From Macrostomum hystrix (lineage: Eukaryota > Animalia > Platyhelminthes), in contig CATNEN010000025.1 of the NCBI GenBank assembly GCA_950097015.1, positions 9,424,001 through 9,488,000 on the forward strand: a stretch of 64,000 bases of DNA. The letters are read 5' to 3'. A program made the translations under genes and the position numbers. Shown here in pieces: positions 1 through 12,449 of this stretch (its first letter is position 1; the number at the start of each line of letters is the position of its first letter). Under the pieces are notes generated by a model. It saw nothing but the letters and a program-made list of their open reading frames with translations. It did not search any database and was not told the DNA's origin.

Positions 1-399
1 TGCCTTGAAGCAAACGACCTTTGCGCCAACCACTAGGGTGTTCAAGCGCTTTTCTTCTCAACTAAAGACTGACCAAAATTATAAAATGTGAAAAAATGTT
101 TAGCCTTTGCCTCTGTACTTTGCTTACTGAGTATTGCTTTTGTAAGCAGCAGCAGCAGTCTTATGTAAGTCTGTCATTATCTATTTGTCTCTGATCTGTC
201 TCTGTCTTTGCTGCTTCTTGGCTTTTTGATCTTTTAGAAAACAGCATGCGCCTTATTGGCCTTTTATATAAAAGTTAGAAAGCAAGTAAAGCCAGAAATA
301 CTCCCAATTAACAATAAAACCTCCTAATTTAGAATATCTCCCAAGCAAAAATCTCCGATCCATAAAATACACGAAGCTAAAAAAACTCTTAGGTTTTAA

Positions 400-750
400 A
401 TATCCCAGGCTGGAAAATATCCCAAGCTGGAAAATATCCCAAGCTGGAAAATATCCCAAGCTAGAAAATATCCCAGGCTAGAAAATATCCCAAGCTGGAA
501 AATATCCTAGCTGAAAAATATCCCAAGCTAGAAAATATCTCAAGCTGGAACATATCCCAAGCTGGAAAATATCCCAAGCTAGAAAAATATCCCAAGCTAG
601 AAAATATCCCTAGCTGGAAAATATCCCTAGCTGAAAAATATCCCAAGCTAGAAAATATCTCAAGCTGGAAAATATCCCAAGGTGGAAAATATCCCAAGCT
701 AGAATATATCTCCAGGCTTGAAAATATCCCAAGCTGGAATATCCCAAGCC
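400..750. repeat. Tandem minisatellite, ~17-bp unit (tggaaaatatcccaagc), degenerate
   Basis: 'cccaag' recurs at 421, 438, etc. It produces the spurious ORFs 253..459 and 461..793. Confidence 0.95.
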
Positions 751-2701
751 AGGAAATCTCCGAATCAATAAAATCCCCATGTCCATAGACCAAAAATTGG
801 AAATTTCCCGAAGCTATAATCTAATCAAGTTAATAGTGAAGAATAAAAGTTACAGAGCTGTGTACAGCTCTTCAGTCCGCGGACCGGGGAGGCGGCCTCA
901 TCAAACCAATTTTCTACCCCTGAGACCTAATATAAATCTAGTATCTAGTGTGAATCTTAAGACTGTAGCTAGATAAAATCTGATAATGACTGGACCAGTT
1001 AGTAACCAAACATAGACCTAAGAACATACGCCAAGCCTAAACCTATAACAGAAGTTCTTTGAAATGAAGGCCAGACTTACGTGCGGCGCATAGGCAGCTA
1101 GCCAGGCCTGCTCAAGGTCATAGGAGGCGGACCGACCGCCCAGTGACGCAGAGAAGGGTGGAGATGGAGCAGCAGGTACTGTGCCACTGGGCAAGCGGGC
1201 ACAGCCGCACGAGAAGCTTCTAATTCTGCGGCGCGGCATGCTTAGGAAGGCTTTTGTCAGGCTTGTCTTCTACTGATTAAATTTGAATCTTATGTGGACT
1301 ATTTCATAGGGCTAGTGCAGGACAATAAGGAATGTTTTTCCATTTGGAATGTTATATGCAAGCTCAACGCTTGTATAAACAGGAAAAGGTGTCATGCATA
1401 ATTCTGAAACCCAGTCGCATAATTTCTGCATAACATTTTCTAAAATAATCTAGTAGAACTTTCAAACCTGTTTTGCACAGAACCAATGGTGTTTGAATTG
1501 GTCCGAATGTGCCTACTTTAAGTAGGCGTTATTTAGAATTGCTAGAAAATATGTATTAATCTAGAAAAAATTATACTTCACTATTATAAACTGGTTATTT
1601 GATCGATCGCCACTGAATTAAAGGAATTGAATCTACAGGAAAAAGTGTTTCTTTCGTTATTTAAAATACTCGTAGATAGATTATAAATACAAGTTATACT
1701 AACCCATTTCGGCCAGATGTACAGCAAGTGGCACACACTAGAGACAGATTTTCAGTCCATGGACTTTCGCACCGAACCAATTTTGATCCTAACTAATGCT
1801 GATACCAAGTGTCTTGATCAAGGACACAAACTATATTCTTAGCTGGGTTATACTAAGCTACAACAACTCCCACACTGGTTGGTTGAAAATATCTGCAACT
1901 TAAGACGTTTCAATTAAATGTGACATGGCTGCGAATGCGAACCTGGGACCTTATTATACGAAAAGCCACTCAGCTAATAAAGCCCAATGCTAACATGAAA
2001 GTGCACATAAGAGTTAACACATAAATCTTCAGTCTAGCAGATGTGAAAGCTGCAGACTCACAGCTCAAGAAACCAAAGCGGATTAACGCTCAGCTTCACT
2101 CCGCCCTGCTTTCCCGACTTCTTCTAGGGGAGACACGAAAACCCGTTAAGCCGATCTGACCTCCATATAGAGTCATAAGCTAGGTGATGCTGTTTTCGAA
2201 TAGAACTGGCGGTAACAGCCTGAAAACAGTCTGTCACCAAAGCAGGCGTTCATTCAGATTCGTCCGATATTTTTTTAAAGAATCCATTAGAATCGAAAAC
2301 CATTGCGTTTTTTTGAGACAAGAACACCATGTAGCTAGATAAAGAAACAGTCGTTGAAAAAGTGATGAGTTAATGCATTGCCCATGCTGCGCAAATAATA
2401 AAGGACACTGTGTTATTTATAAATACTTTTAGAAAAGACTGCTTTATTCAATTATATTCCACTCTTTACGGTGAACTAAATTTGAAAGCCGTCAAACGTC
2501 AGCATCCTCGAGATAATAAGCTATTCTTGTTCAAGACCCTGGTGACAAGGGCAGCGTACATTGCTCTGTAAAAACATCAATGACGAATCCATATTGTTTT
2601 AAATATACATATTGAACATTCTTTATGTTCTAACATGCCCTCTACCTGGGGCTGAGATTCGAACTCCCGACCATGCAAATAAATAAATAAAGTGTGCTCA
2701 C

Positions 2702-2962
2702 CAGTTCCCGATCGTCCAGCACGTCGGCAACCCGGTCGCCCCAGTCCAGAATGCCGCCATCCCTGGCTAGAGACACTCGCGCCACCGTGAACGACGGCGA
2801 AGAGGAAGCTGGCGATGATGAGGCAGGCGAAGCTGTGGCCGCGGCTGACGCGGCTGCCAAGTAGCGCCTGGCCGCCTTGTCTACCAGGCTGCGAATTGTG
2901 AGATCTCCGCTGCCGCAGGGCACCACCAGTTTGGTATCGCCGAAGCTCACTGTCACCTTCAT
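2702..2962 (-). CDS. par-3: Par-3/Bazooka, first coding exon (N-terminal PB1-like oligomerisation domain); the rest of the gene lies toward or beyond the left edge
   Basis: MKVTVSFGDTKLVVPCGSGDLTIRSLVDKAARRY...DGGILDWGDRVADVLDDREL matches the Par3 CR1 motif (MKVTVCFG..RVVVPCG...GGILD.DD...DV.DD). ATG at 2962; GTGAG donor at 2701 (phase 0, 87 codons). Confidence 0.9.
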
Positions 2963-5857
2963 TTGGTAGCTGAGCCGACCGATCTGAATGGGGTTTTGAT
3001 TTTTACTTCTCTGCTTTGGCGCTGGTTAAACCTGTTGTTTATGATCATGAGCGGCTGAGCTGCTGCTGCTGCTGCTGCTGCCGCGAGCCCGGCCTGAACT
3101 TTTCAGGCGTTCGCGCTGAAGTTCAATTGAAAACATATCTAATTTAATAAATCGACACAGTAAGTTTTCTGGTTGCTTGACTTTTAATTGTACTTTAGAG
3201 AGTTATAGAAGTACAGGCATTACATTAATCTAGCAAAAAAATGATGAAGAAAAAGGATTAAAAGCTCATAAAGCGTTCATTAATCTAAATGTACTCTTTA
3301 AACTTATAAAATATATATAATGCAAAATATGGTAAATTAGATTAATGGGTTAGCTGCATATTTTTAAAACAAGATTTGAATTAAAAAAATATTGTTAACT
3401 TTTTACTTTAGATTGAACTATATGGATACTAAGGCACATTTGGCAATGCAATAACTTTAAAAAAATAATAAACTTAGGCTAAAATTTGCACATAAAGTTG
3501 GTTTGTTTTAAACTGGCTGCAATCATATAAGAAAATACAAAATGAAATCCCACCATTAAGACAAAAATATTATTGCCAGACATTGACAATTTATATTTTC
3601 TTTAATGTCACATTGTCTTTCAAGTATAAAAAATCACATCTCACTAAGTAATGTGATTGATTTTATTACAGCGACTAAAAATTAGCTATTGATTTTATAT
3701 CATAACTAAATCAGTACTATTCACCAGTTCAAGCACCCATTACTTTTGTATAATACACTCCTAATGTTTCAACATGCACTCAAACACCTGAGACCTAGAT
3801 ATTGTTTATCTAGAGTTGCATAAAATAAATATGATAATCATTAAATGAAATGAAAAAACGAGAATAGAAAGTAATGCCAAATTGGGGTTGAAAGGAAACT
3901 GGAAATTTCTTTTTGTCTTTCATGAAACTTGAAAATTGTTTTTCTAAACCTAAATTATTTACTTAATTCCAATTAATGAAATAATTTTTGCCACCATATA
4001 ACAAACCAAAAAATGCAACACTAAACTTAAAGACAGGAAAATAAAATGACTAAATAATTGTCCTGAAAGCACAAAAAATAAAAAAGTACTATGCTGTCCA
4101 AGTTTAAGTAAGTAGGTTTTTTAGGCTTCATTTATCATTTTATCAATTTTTCAAGTTATAAATGCAAAAAATATTTATAAGGATAATAACAAAACTAAAA
4201 GTAAGAATGCTTATCTTATAAAACACAAAAATAAACTAACCTGTTTGCTCTCTTGTCCTGAATACAGAATGCTTAAAATTTGTAATAATATAAACCACAG
4301 ATTCATTTGTAACATTTATTTAGAAAATTCTCATTTAGCTAATATATTTAGATCATAAATCTAGTTTTATATCAAAGAATTTTCTGGCAATAGTACTTTT
4401 TTACAATTATTTAATGAATGACACTAAAATTATTCTTTCGAATCGCTAAAGTTAAACGTTGTTAATAATAGACTGTTTATAAAACAATTAACAGCAACTG
4501 TATAGCTCGAAAATGTTAAGCTTCGTTGTCGTTCAGTAATTACTAGTATCATTTGGCTGTTGGCTTTTGGTTGTAACGATCAGACTTGTGAGTTCCAGAC
4601 TTTCGCGAAACCATGAGGTTTTTTGCAAGCAGAGTCGGCCATAGCATAGCATATTAGTGTCAAATAGCTTTTTCCGATAAACTTGCTTAGTCAGTTTGTA
4701 CTACGTTCTCGATATTCTTGCACTACAAGATTAAAAATATATCTGCAAAATATTTCTTGGAATATTCAGGTTTAAAAGAAAAGAGCGATAAAAATGTCAA
4801 CTAAATAGATATGTATTTAACATTTTCTTGACATAAGAAAAATTAATTTTAGAAGTTTTTTTGCTGCGAATAAAATAGAACAGAAACATGAAAAGTTGCA
4901 GTTAGTCATTTTGTTTTATACAAAAACCCGTGACTTTTGTGTACGCTTTTAAATTATGATTCAATATTTTCATTGAATTTTTATCAAGTAACATTTCATT
5001 CTTTTAAAATACCTGGACCATAATAACACTGTGGCTACTTTTCCACTCTAATGTGTGCGTATTTTGTGTATATATTTACGTATATAAATACTAAAATTTA
5101 CAACTACGAGTTATAATGGTGGATGGGAACATTGGAACAATATGTTCCAGCATGCATTTATATTTTTGATTACTAATTTCCTGCGAAGCTTTTCTTGTGC
5201 CAATTTTATTGCTATGCGAAGTCCTGCACGTCAGCAAGTTCTTTTAAGATAATAAATTCTCTGATGTAAACTGTTTTAATCTTCTTTTTATTACATTGCA
5301 GTGCTTTTTGTTTTTTACATACAGCTTTACTAGAATGCTTTATACACACATTCTCGTGCTAAATAGGATATTTTTTACCCCGAGTAGAAGAAAGAAAAAG
5401 ACAGGAATTGCAGTATGCATAATGCTTGCCTTATATGTGTTTAACTTTTTAATTCTTAACTCTTTTAACGCACTTCTGCGCAAAGGAGAAAATCCTTGGA
5501 TAAAGGTATTAGAATCGGCTAATAGAGCCCAATAAAACATTTCTGTTTTTAGTGGGAGTGTGGCCTTTAATATAGCTTCCTTGCTACATAACAATTTTAA
5601 TAGGCAGTGTGACCCTCCAGAGGGAGACCTCCAGGATCAAAAGGTAGGGAAAAGTGGAGGGCTGTGGAGGGAAAAAATATCGAGTATGCTTCTTGTTTTT
5701 ATTTGTTCTCGAGAGATCGGGTTTTGCGCTCAATTATCATTCGATCTTTCATCGTTTCACAATGAAATCAGCTGTCCAAACGGAGAATTATTCGACTCGA
5801 TCGACCGGGGCAATCAAGAAGTCTGCAGACGCTTCCAAGACGCGTCATGGAGACGCG

Positions 5858-7701
5858 TCACATGACTCCAGGGACGCGCTGATCCACGTTGAACTTGAAC
5901 ACCTGGTACGCAGCCTCTGTGGGCCGCTCGCCGAAGCACTCTTCGTCGTCGCCGTCGCAAACAGCGCTGAGGCTGGACACCAGGACGAAGTCACCGCGTG
6001 GCGAAGCCGCCACACTGTGAGCATCGCCGAAACCCTGCATTGGAATCGACGAAGTTTTTGCTTATGTTAGGATTTTCGCCCGCGATTTTGTACGAAGGAA
6101 TCAAATTACCGATCTAGGAATCACGTGACTAATCATTTGAACCCTTGCGCACCACTGAGTCCTGGCTGTTGTCAGGCACGAAGGTGAATCGGGTGACGAG
6201 AGCGTCGGTCTCCGGCCGGTAAGCGCTAACCATGCTTACTCCGGAGTCCTCCTGATGGTGCAGGGCCAGCAGGTTGCCAGTCAGATCGAAGGCGACGTCG
6301 AACACTCGGCCGAGGTCGTCGCCGCTGCCAAGAGAGCGCACGAACTGGCCGAATTCGGCGGGCTTGCGCAATCCGGCGCGGAAGCACTGCACCCGGCGGT
6401 GCTCGCGGTCGGCCACGCAGAGCAGATCCAGCGACTCCAGCAGGGCCAGTCCCGTGCGGGATCAGCAATTCATCGTCGGCGATGGAAGCAGCGGAGGCTG
6501 CAGAATTTTCAGCATTTGCTACTGGTTTATTAGAGAATTGGGGCAATGAAGAGTGAGCTCAGGGGAATATATTTACCGGATGGCACCTTGCCGAACTCGC
6601 CGATGTACTTTCCAGTTGGATCAAACTTCATCACGCGACTATTGCAGTAGCTGCCAATGATAAGGAATGAATTGCTGAATTTGTTGGATTGAAATGCGCT
6701 GAATGAAGTTTAATTTATAGCGCATTACCCGTCAGCAACGAAAAAGAATCCGGTCGAAGCCACGGCCACTTTGGTCGGCTTGCAGAAATGGCGGGCGTCG
6801 TTGCCTGGAACGAACTTTTCACCAAGGACTAGGTCCGGCTTGTGAGTGTGCTTGTTTAGCCGAATCACCTGGTGCATGGCAACGTCAGTAGTCCACAGAT
6901 GGCCCTCTTTGTCCACAGTGATACCGTGAGGCAGATAGAAGCTAAAATGGACAGTAAATGAGGACAGAGAAAAATTAATAGTGTCAAACAGGATTGAGGT
7001 TTACCCAGCGAAGGCGCATTCGGAACCAATCAAGATAGGCTTGAGGTGGGTGTCAATTGGGGTGGACTTTTACGCAGCTAAGGCGTCAATTCAGATCCAA
7101 TCAAAAGATAGTGGGATGGCAGGGCGTGAGGTGGGTATCAACGGGGGTAGAGTTTAAGGAACGGAATATTTTGCGATGCCAATTACAATTTAAATGATTG
7201 AGAAGCAGAGTGGAAGTGGATAAAATGAATATTTGTTGCCAGCGCACGTGTTCTCTCCAAGCGACGAGACAAGTCGTCCAACAGTGTCGAGCTCGATGAT
7301 GGTGCTGACCGGAATCGGGCCGCGCCCAGCCTTGGTGTACCTGTTGTGCTCGTCAAAGTCACTGGCGGTTTAAAAAATTGTATAAATAACATTTTAGCCC
7401 GGATTGTATAAAGGCTCATTAAAAAGGGAGGAAGGGCAATAACTCACTCGACCTGCCACGGCCTGTCAGCCCGTTGGAACAGGTAGCTGCGGCCCCTGGC
7501 GTCGATACTGACTCCAGATACCTGGCCTAGCAGCTGGCGAATGCGCCAGTTGGGAAAGCCCTCCTGGAAGCTGACACTGAGGGCATTCTGCTGCTGCTGC
7601 TGCTGCCCTTCGTGGTGCGGCGTCGAGGCGAACACCGTGGCCAGAAGCGGCACGACAAGCACAGCCAAGGCGGGCACAAATTGAAGCCTGCCGCGGCTCA
7701 T
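5858..7701 (-). CDS. Pal: Peptidyl-alpha-hydroxyglycine alpha-amidating lyase (monofunctional PAL, NHL-repeat propeller), secreted; 6 exons, one apparent +1 frameshift
   Basis: Exons (minus strand): 7701-7448, 7361-7248, 6941-6729, 6650-6577, 6497-~6153, 6034-5858. Phases are consistent through exon 5; the exon 5 donor is uncertain. Signal peptide plus PAL motifs LGQVSGV, FYLPHGITVD, FCKPTKVAV, ADGYCNSRV (catalytic Tyr), IPHGL, CVADREHRRVQCF (catalytic Arg), AHSVAAS. Extra G at 6451-6453. Confidence 0.9.
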
Positions 7702-8918
7702 ACTTGAACAAGAGTTTAGATTGTTTCAGCTGGTTTAACTCGCTGGCTCTTCCTGCTGAAATGGCAAGGCTTTTCGAGCCGATTATCGACTGCAAAAGCG
7801 GGAGGGAGTGGGGTGTGCAATGTATTTATAGATCTAGAGAAGGTTTGGGTTTGGTTTCCGGGCTATAGGCCTAGGGGTAGCAAAGGAGTGGGCCCTTCTT
7901 ATCTGGTCGGAGCGAGTGTACGTGTGTTCGCCCCACCCCCAACCTCCCCAACTGCTCTCCGCCTCACAGTCCCTGCCCGACTGCCACAGATTAGCTTATA
8001 GCTGCTCAACCAGACTGATGCTTTCATCTCCTCACTCTCTCCGTAATCCTCATTCGTTCTCTTTCGCGTGCCTACCGGAGGATGGGCAGGTAGACCTGCT
8101 CTCTCTCTCTCTCTCTAATCTCGAGACTGAATCCCGCTTTAGTTGCCACAGTTCCTTCTGACTGTGGGGGGTGTGTGTGGGGAACTCTTTGCCGTGTACA
8201 GTTGACTCACCTCAACTACTCAGCAGCAGCACCCTCGCCTCCTGAGACCTTTACGAACAGATTATGGAAGAGATGAAAGAGGGGAAGAGAAAAAGTTGGG
8301 GAAGGAAACCGGAAAGCTTGGGGCTCCTCCAGAGGTCCTCCATATTTACCAGGAGATGAAAAGCAAGTGAAAAATCAGCGGCTGAGAATGAGCGCTGCTG
8401 CGGAGACGAGATTTTGCACGATTTGGGCTTAGAGCTACAGGGAGGTTGGAAAAAGTGAAAGATCTAGACTCGCAATATCGACCCCATCGGCCATTCGTGC
8501 ATCCCACATGTACGTGGCTGCAAATGTAGCTGTAAATGGCGGGCTGGTAACCATGGCAATGGCAGGGTACTGTAAATGTAATTCAGGGCTACGATGCAGT
8601 GATTCCTGTGCAGCTCAATGCAAACACAATGCATAGTCTCAGAGTCTAAAGAAATACAACTATTTTCTTAGATTATCTACTTCTCAAAAAATAAAAGTTC
8701 TTTTACTTATTTTCGAAGCCCTAGGGACTTAAAAACAAAGTCTACTAATAGTAGAATGACGCAGGACACTTTATTCGTAGAATTATTCGTTAAAGTCCGA
8801 TTTTCCGTTGAAAGATGCGTGAGGAGTTGATTCATTCATTGTCCGTTTTTAGCTACTGTGAGACATGTGATACACCTCGCGAAGTAAATATTTTATTGCC
8901 TCGTACGGGATTGTGTCA

Positions 8919-9270
8919 GGGGGTCGGTGGCAGAGCGGTTAACTCGTTTGCCTCTCGCACCAAGGTCCCTAAGTTCGATTCCGCGGCGAGGTCACATTCA
9001 TCTGGGGAGCAGCCGCGGAGAGAAGGCTTGGTGGCTTGTCGTGCAGTTTATGCCGTTGGGGGCCAACCTCCAAGGCTCAGTGAAAGTGTACACTGCCTGA
9101 CGATGAGAAATTCAGAGCTGATGTACACACCTGTGTGAGCGTGTGCCTGCGTACAGTATCTGTGTGCGTGTGTGCTCAGGAGTCAGCGAAATGGGCAGAA
9201 TTGCCTCCTCGCTCGCTGCAGGTCTAGTGTCACCAAATGATGTGCCAATGCCCACAGCCCTCATGCAATT
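8919..9270 (+). mobile_element. tRNA-derived SINE, full-length copy 1
   Basis: Pol III A-box (TGGCAGAGCGG, ~8928) and B-box (GTTCGATTCC, ~8972), then a ~270-bp body closely similar to 27821-28145. Confidence 0.85.
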
Positions 9271-9848
9271 ATCATTATTAAGATTCTGTCACTGATTTAG
9301 CAATGTCCTTTTAAGTTAAACTTTCCCTGAAACACAAATAGTACAAAATGAACGTATACCTTCTTGTTTTAGGCCTTAAGAAAGGAAAAAAATTACGAAA
9401 AAACGTTCTTATTGTCAAATTAAAATTTCTAAGAAATTAGTGAGATATTTTCTGAAATATTTGTTTTTTTAATTATTTGTGGTGATTTCCTTTTACTTTA
9501 AAATATTTTCAATTTTTTCTATTTTAAGCAATTTAATGTTTGTGTTAAAAAAGAATGTTAATGAAAAGCGCAAAATTTCAGTTTCATAATTAAATATCAA
9601 ATTATTTTGTCGTGCCAAGTTGATAAAAACAGTTGACTTGTCAACTTCATGAACAAATACGAATGCGGTGAATGTTTTTATTTGTTTTTAAATGAATTAA
9701 TTTAAATTAAACTGCAGTACAGCAGAACTTTAAAAAAATTCAGTTTTTTGTATAAAGCCGCTGTTTGGTATTGAATTAAAACAAGTTTTTTATTTTAGCT
9801 TTTGTTAATATAAAAAGTGAGGCCAGTTGACAAGATGCATGAATCCGA

Positions 9849-10514
9849 TCAAGTGGCATCGAGACAGCTGCAGTCCGCCTGTTCGGTCTGGCAATAGCTC
9901 GGTGGCATCTGCCAATCGTCGACAACATCGAAATAAGACGGCGGCGGTGACGGATACAGGGGACAGTCGCCGATGCAAATAGCATCTGGTAGACTGCAGC
10001 GCTGCTGTTGACGATTGAAATGCTGCTGCTGGAGTCTTTGCTGTCGAAGCCTCACTAACTGCAACTGAAGCTGCTGCCGATAGTCAGACATTGCTGGACC
10101 CGACAGGCGCCTCTGCCCTGGCATTTGTCTGTCAATAATCGACAACGAGATCAGATTAGTGCAGCAGACAAGCAGGGACAGGCCGGCCGCTGTTGCCATG
10201 GTGACCATCTCGAAGCTCACCGGAAGCAGAATCAATCTAATAACTAGAATAATGGAGACAAATAAGCAGACTGTGTTCATGGTCAAACTTAGCCACAGTT
10301 TGGCTGCCTGGCACACCGCCTGCTGAGGAGCGGCTGCAAAGAGGCTAGCCAGGCCAGCCAGAGCCAACAACATCCTCTGTGCCAGCTCGCTGCCAAATGT
10401 ACTGTCCTCAGCTGAGCTTGAATAGCGAATAGCGCTGGCCGCAATCTGGCAGATGCCAGTCAGTAACAGCAGCAGGCTGAAGAAAAGCGACATGCCTATC
10501 AGGATGGGTGACAT
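9849..10514 (-). CDS. Intronless 221-aa four-transmembrane protein with C-terminal poly-Q and two PPxY motifs (MS4A/TMEM255-like topology; family not assigned)
   Basis: ATG-to-stop ORF with four hydrophobic segments in the first ~128 aa, then a cytoplasmic tail containing PPPSY and MPPSY. GC-rich, coding-like composition within AT-rich flanks. Confidence 0.7.
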   Translation of the reverse strand: MSPILIGMSLFFSLLLLLTGICQIAASAIRYSSSAEDSTFGSELAQRMLLALAGLASLFAAAPQQAVCQAAKLWLSLTMNTVCLFVSIILVIRLILLPVSFEMVTMATAAGLSLLVCCTNLISLSIIDRQMPGQRRLSGPAMSDYRQQLQLQLVRLRQQRLQQQHFNRQQQRCSLPDAICIGDCPLYPSPPPSYFDVVDDWQMPPSYCQTEQADCSCLDAT

Positions 10515-11620
10515 TGCTTTTGGCTTGAGTTAAGCCGCAATTCTCTGTTTAAACGAGTTTCTGTCTGTCTATCGCATGAATATAAAATACGATTGCTTAT
10601 TTAATCGTAAAAAATTGTACTATTCTGAGCCGGGAATGTGTTGTCTATGGTAATTTTTGATGAGATTATTTGACAAAAACTAGGATATTATATCATATAA
10701 TCTCCTCGAAATAAGGAGCATTTATGGAACATTGAAGTGAACTTTGAATTCGGCTTTAACGTTTTGCCACCACTGACTGACTGGCTGCTTCGTGACTGTA
10801 TCTTCGTGAGAAATTTATTTTTTTGTCTATGGTCGGAATCAAATGGTCTAAACCTATCAATCAAATGGGATGCCCCCGAAAATAAGCAATCGAATTTCAT
10901 ATATGATAAATGCCGTTTAATTCATCATAGTCTATGGTTAGAATATCCTCGGCTGCATCAATGCTCACTACGTAGCTGCAGCTCGCTACGCTCGCCTCGA
11001 GACCATTAAACACAGTCCCGGACATTCTAACCACAGAATGTGAATTAAACGGCGTTTATCATTTACTTAACATAACTTTTGGCTTTATAAATTCGTCACT
11101 TCAGCGTTAGATTTCGTCCATCAAATGAACATACAAAGGCCATAGAATGCGATAGTGTGCCACTAAAAAAGGGGGAACTGCGTTTAATTTCGTCAACAGT
11201 AGCCATAGAACATGAAATGACAGCAAACTCATCGGTAAGCGCTAATCGGCAATCCGCGTTCAGCCGCCACGCGGAGCCATGCATAGTTCCTCAGACGAAG
11301 TCTATTTCACATCTCTTCAGATATCTCCTACTGGTTTGGCCATAGACAAACCTATTTTGCCTTCGCAAAAACATCATTTGATGTGAATGGCTTGATGAAA
11401 TAAAACGCTGAAGTGGCAAAATGCAAAAATTCAATCGGAAAATTGTATATATTAAGAAAATTGTTAAATTCAAAAGCACTAAATCGTGTTGTCTATGGCC
11501 GGGGCTGGTTCAATAAATCGTTCGAATTGTTTTCAAAATGATGCTCCGTAATCACTACTTACTTAGTACTTCAGAGATATTTTAATAATAGCATAATTTA
11601 AAAATAGCATCCTTAGTTCA

Positions 11621-12066
11621 CAGTGGCAGTATCCTGAGTGTTTCAGTGGCAGTATCCTGAGTGTTTCAGTGACAGTATCCTGAGTGTTTCAGTGGCCGTA
11701 TCCTGAGTGTTTCAGTGACAGTATCCTGAGTGTTTCAGTGGCAGTATCCTGAGTGTTTCAGTGACAGTATCCTGAGTGTTTCAGTGACAGTATCCTGAGT
11801 GTTTCAGTGACAGTATCCTCAGTGTTCCAGTGGCAGTATCCTCAGTGTTTCAGTGGCAGCATCGTCAGTGTTTCAGTGACAGCATCCTCAGTGACAGCAT
11901 CCTCAGTGACAGCATCCTCAGTGACAGCATCCTCAGTGATAGCATCCTCAGTGATAGCATCCTCAGTGACATCATCCTCAGTGACAGCATCCTCAGTGAC
12001 AGCATCCTCAGTGACAGCATCCTCAGTGACAGCATCCTCAGTGACAGCATTCTCAGTGACAGCATG
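11621..12066. repeat. Compound minisatellite: 23-bp unit (cagtggcagtatcctgagtgttt) changing to a 15-bp unit (cagtgacagcatcct)
   Basis: cagtgg at 11621 and 11644 gives period 23. From ~11875 the period is 15 (SDSIL/VTASS translation repeats). Confidence 0.95.
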
Positions 12067-12449
12067 TTCAGGAAAAATTAGGAAAAAAAAATTCGCATTG
12101 TAGATGCCAGTTTTTGCATTGAGTGACTCCGTTTTGCATATTTTTATGTGAAGTACAAGGATTGTCTTGTTTTTTTGTTAGAGAGCAAAAGAGAAAGTAT
12201 ACATTTTGGAGTGTACAAAGAAAGTTAAATGTCCATATGCCTCTACCTGTACTTAACATTAACCGAATATCGAAAATCACGAGTAGACAGACTGTTTTCG
12301 AAGTTACTGAACGCATAGTTTGAACACTCTACTGGCTACCTGGGCTAGCAGTAGTGCAGATCGTGTGTGATTATTCGAGTGCAAATGAAAATGTGCCACA
12401 ATCCTGTTGTTTGATTTCTTCCTAAACAAAATGCAAACGCTGGAGTTGA

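Noticed and set aside
8919-9000. Possible tRNA genes at the SINE heads (also 27821) and a T-arm-like fragment at 2641-2675
   Set aside because: A and B boxes are present, but there is no convincing full cloverleaf, and the heads continue into a shared repeat body. The 2641 fragment is too short to call.
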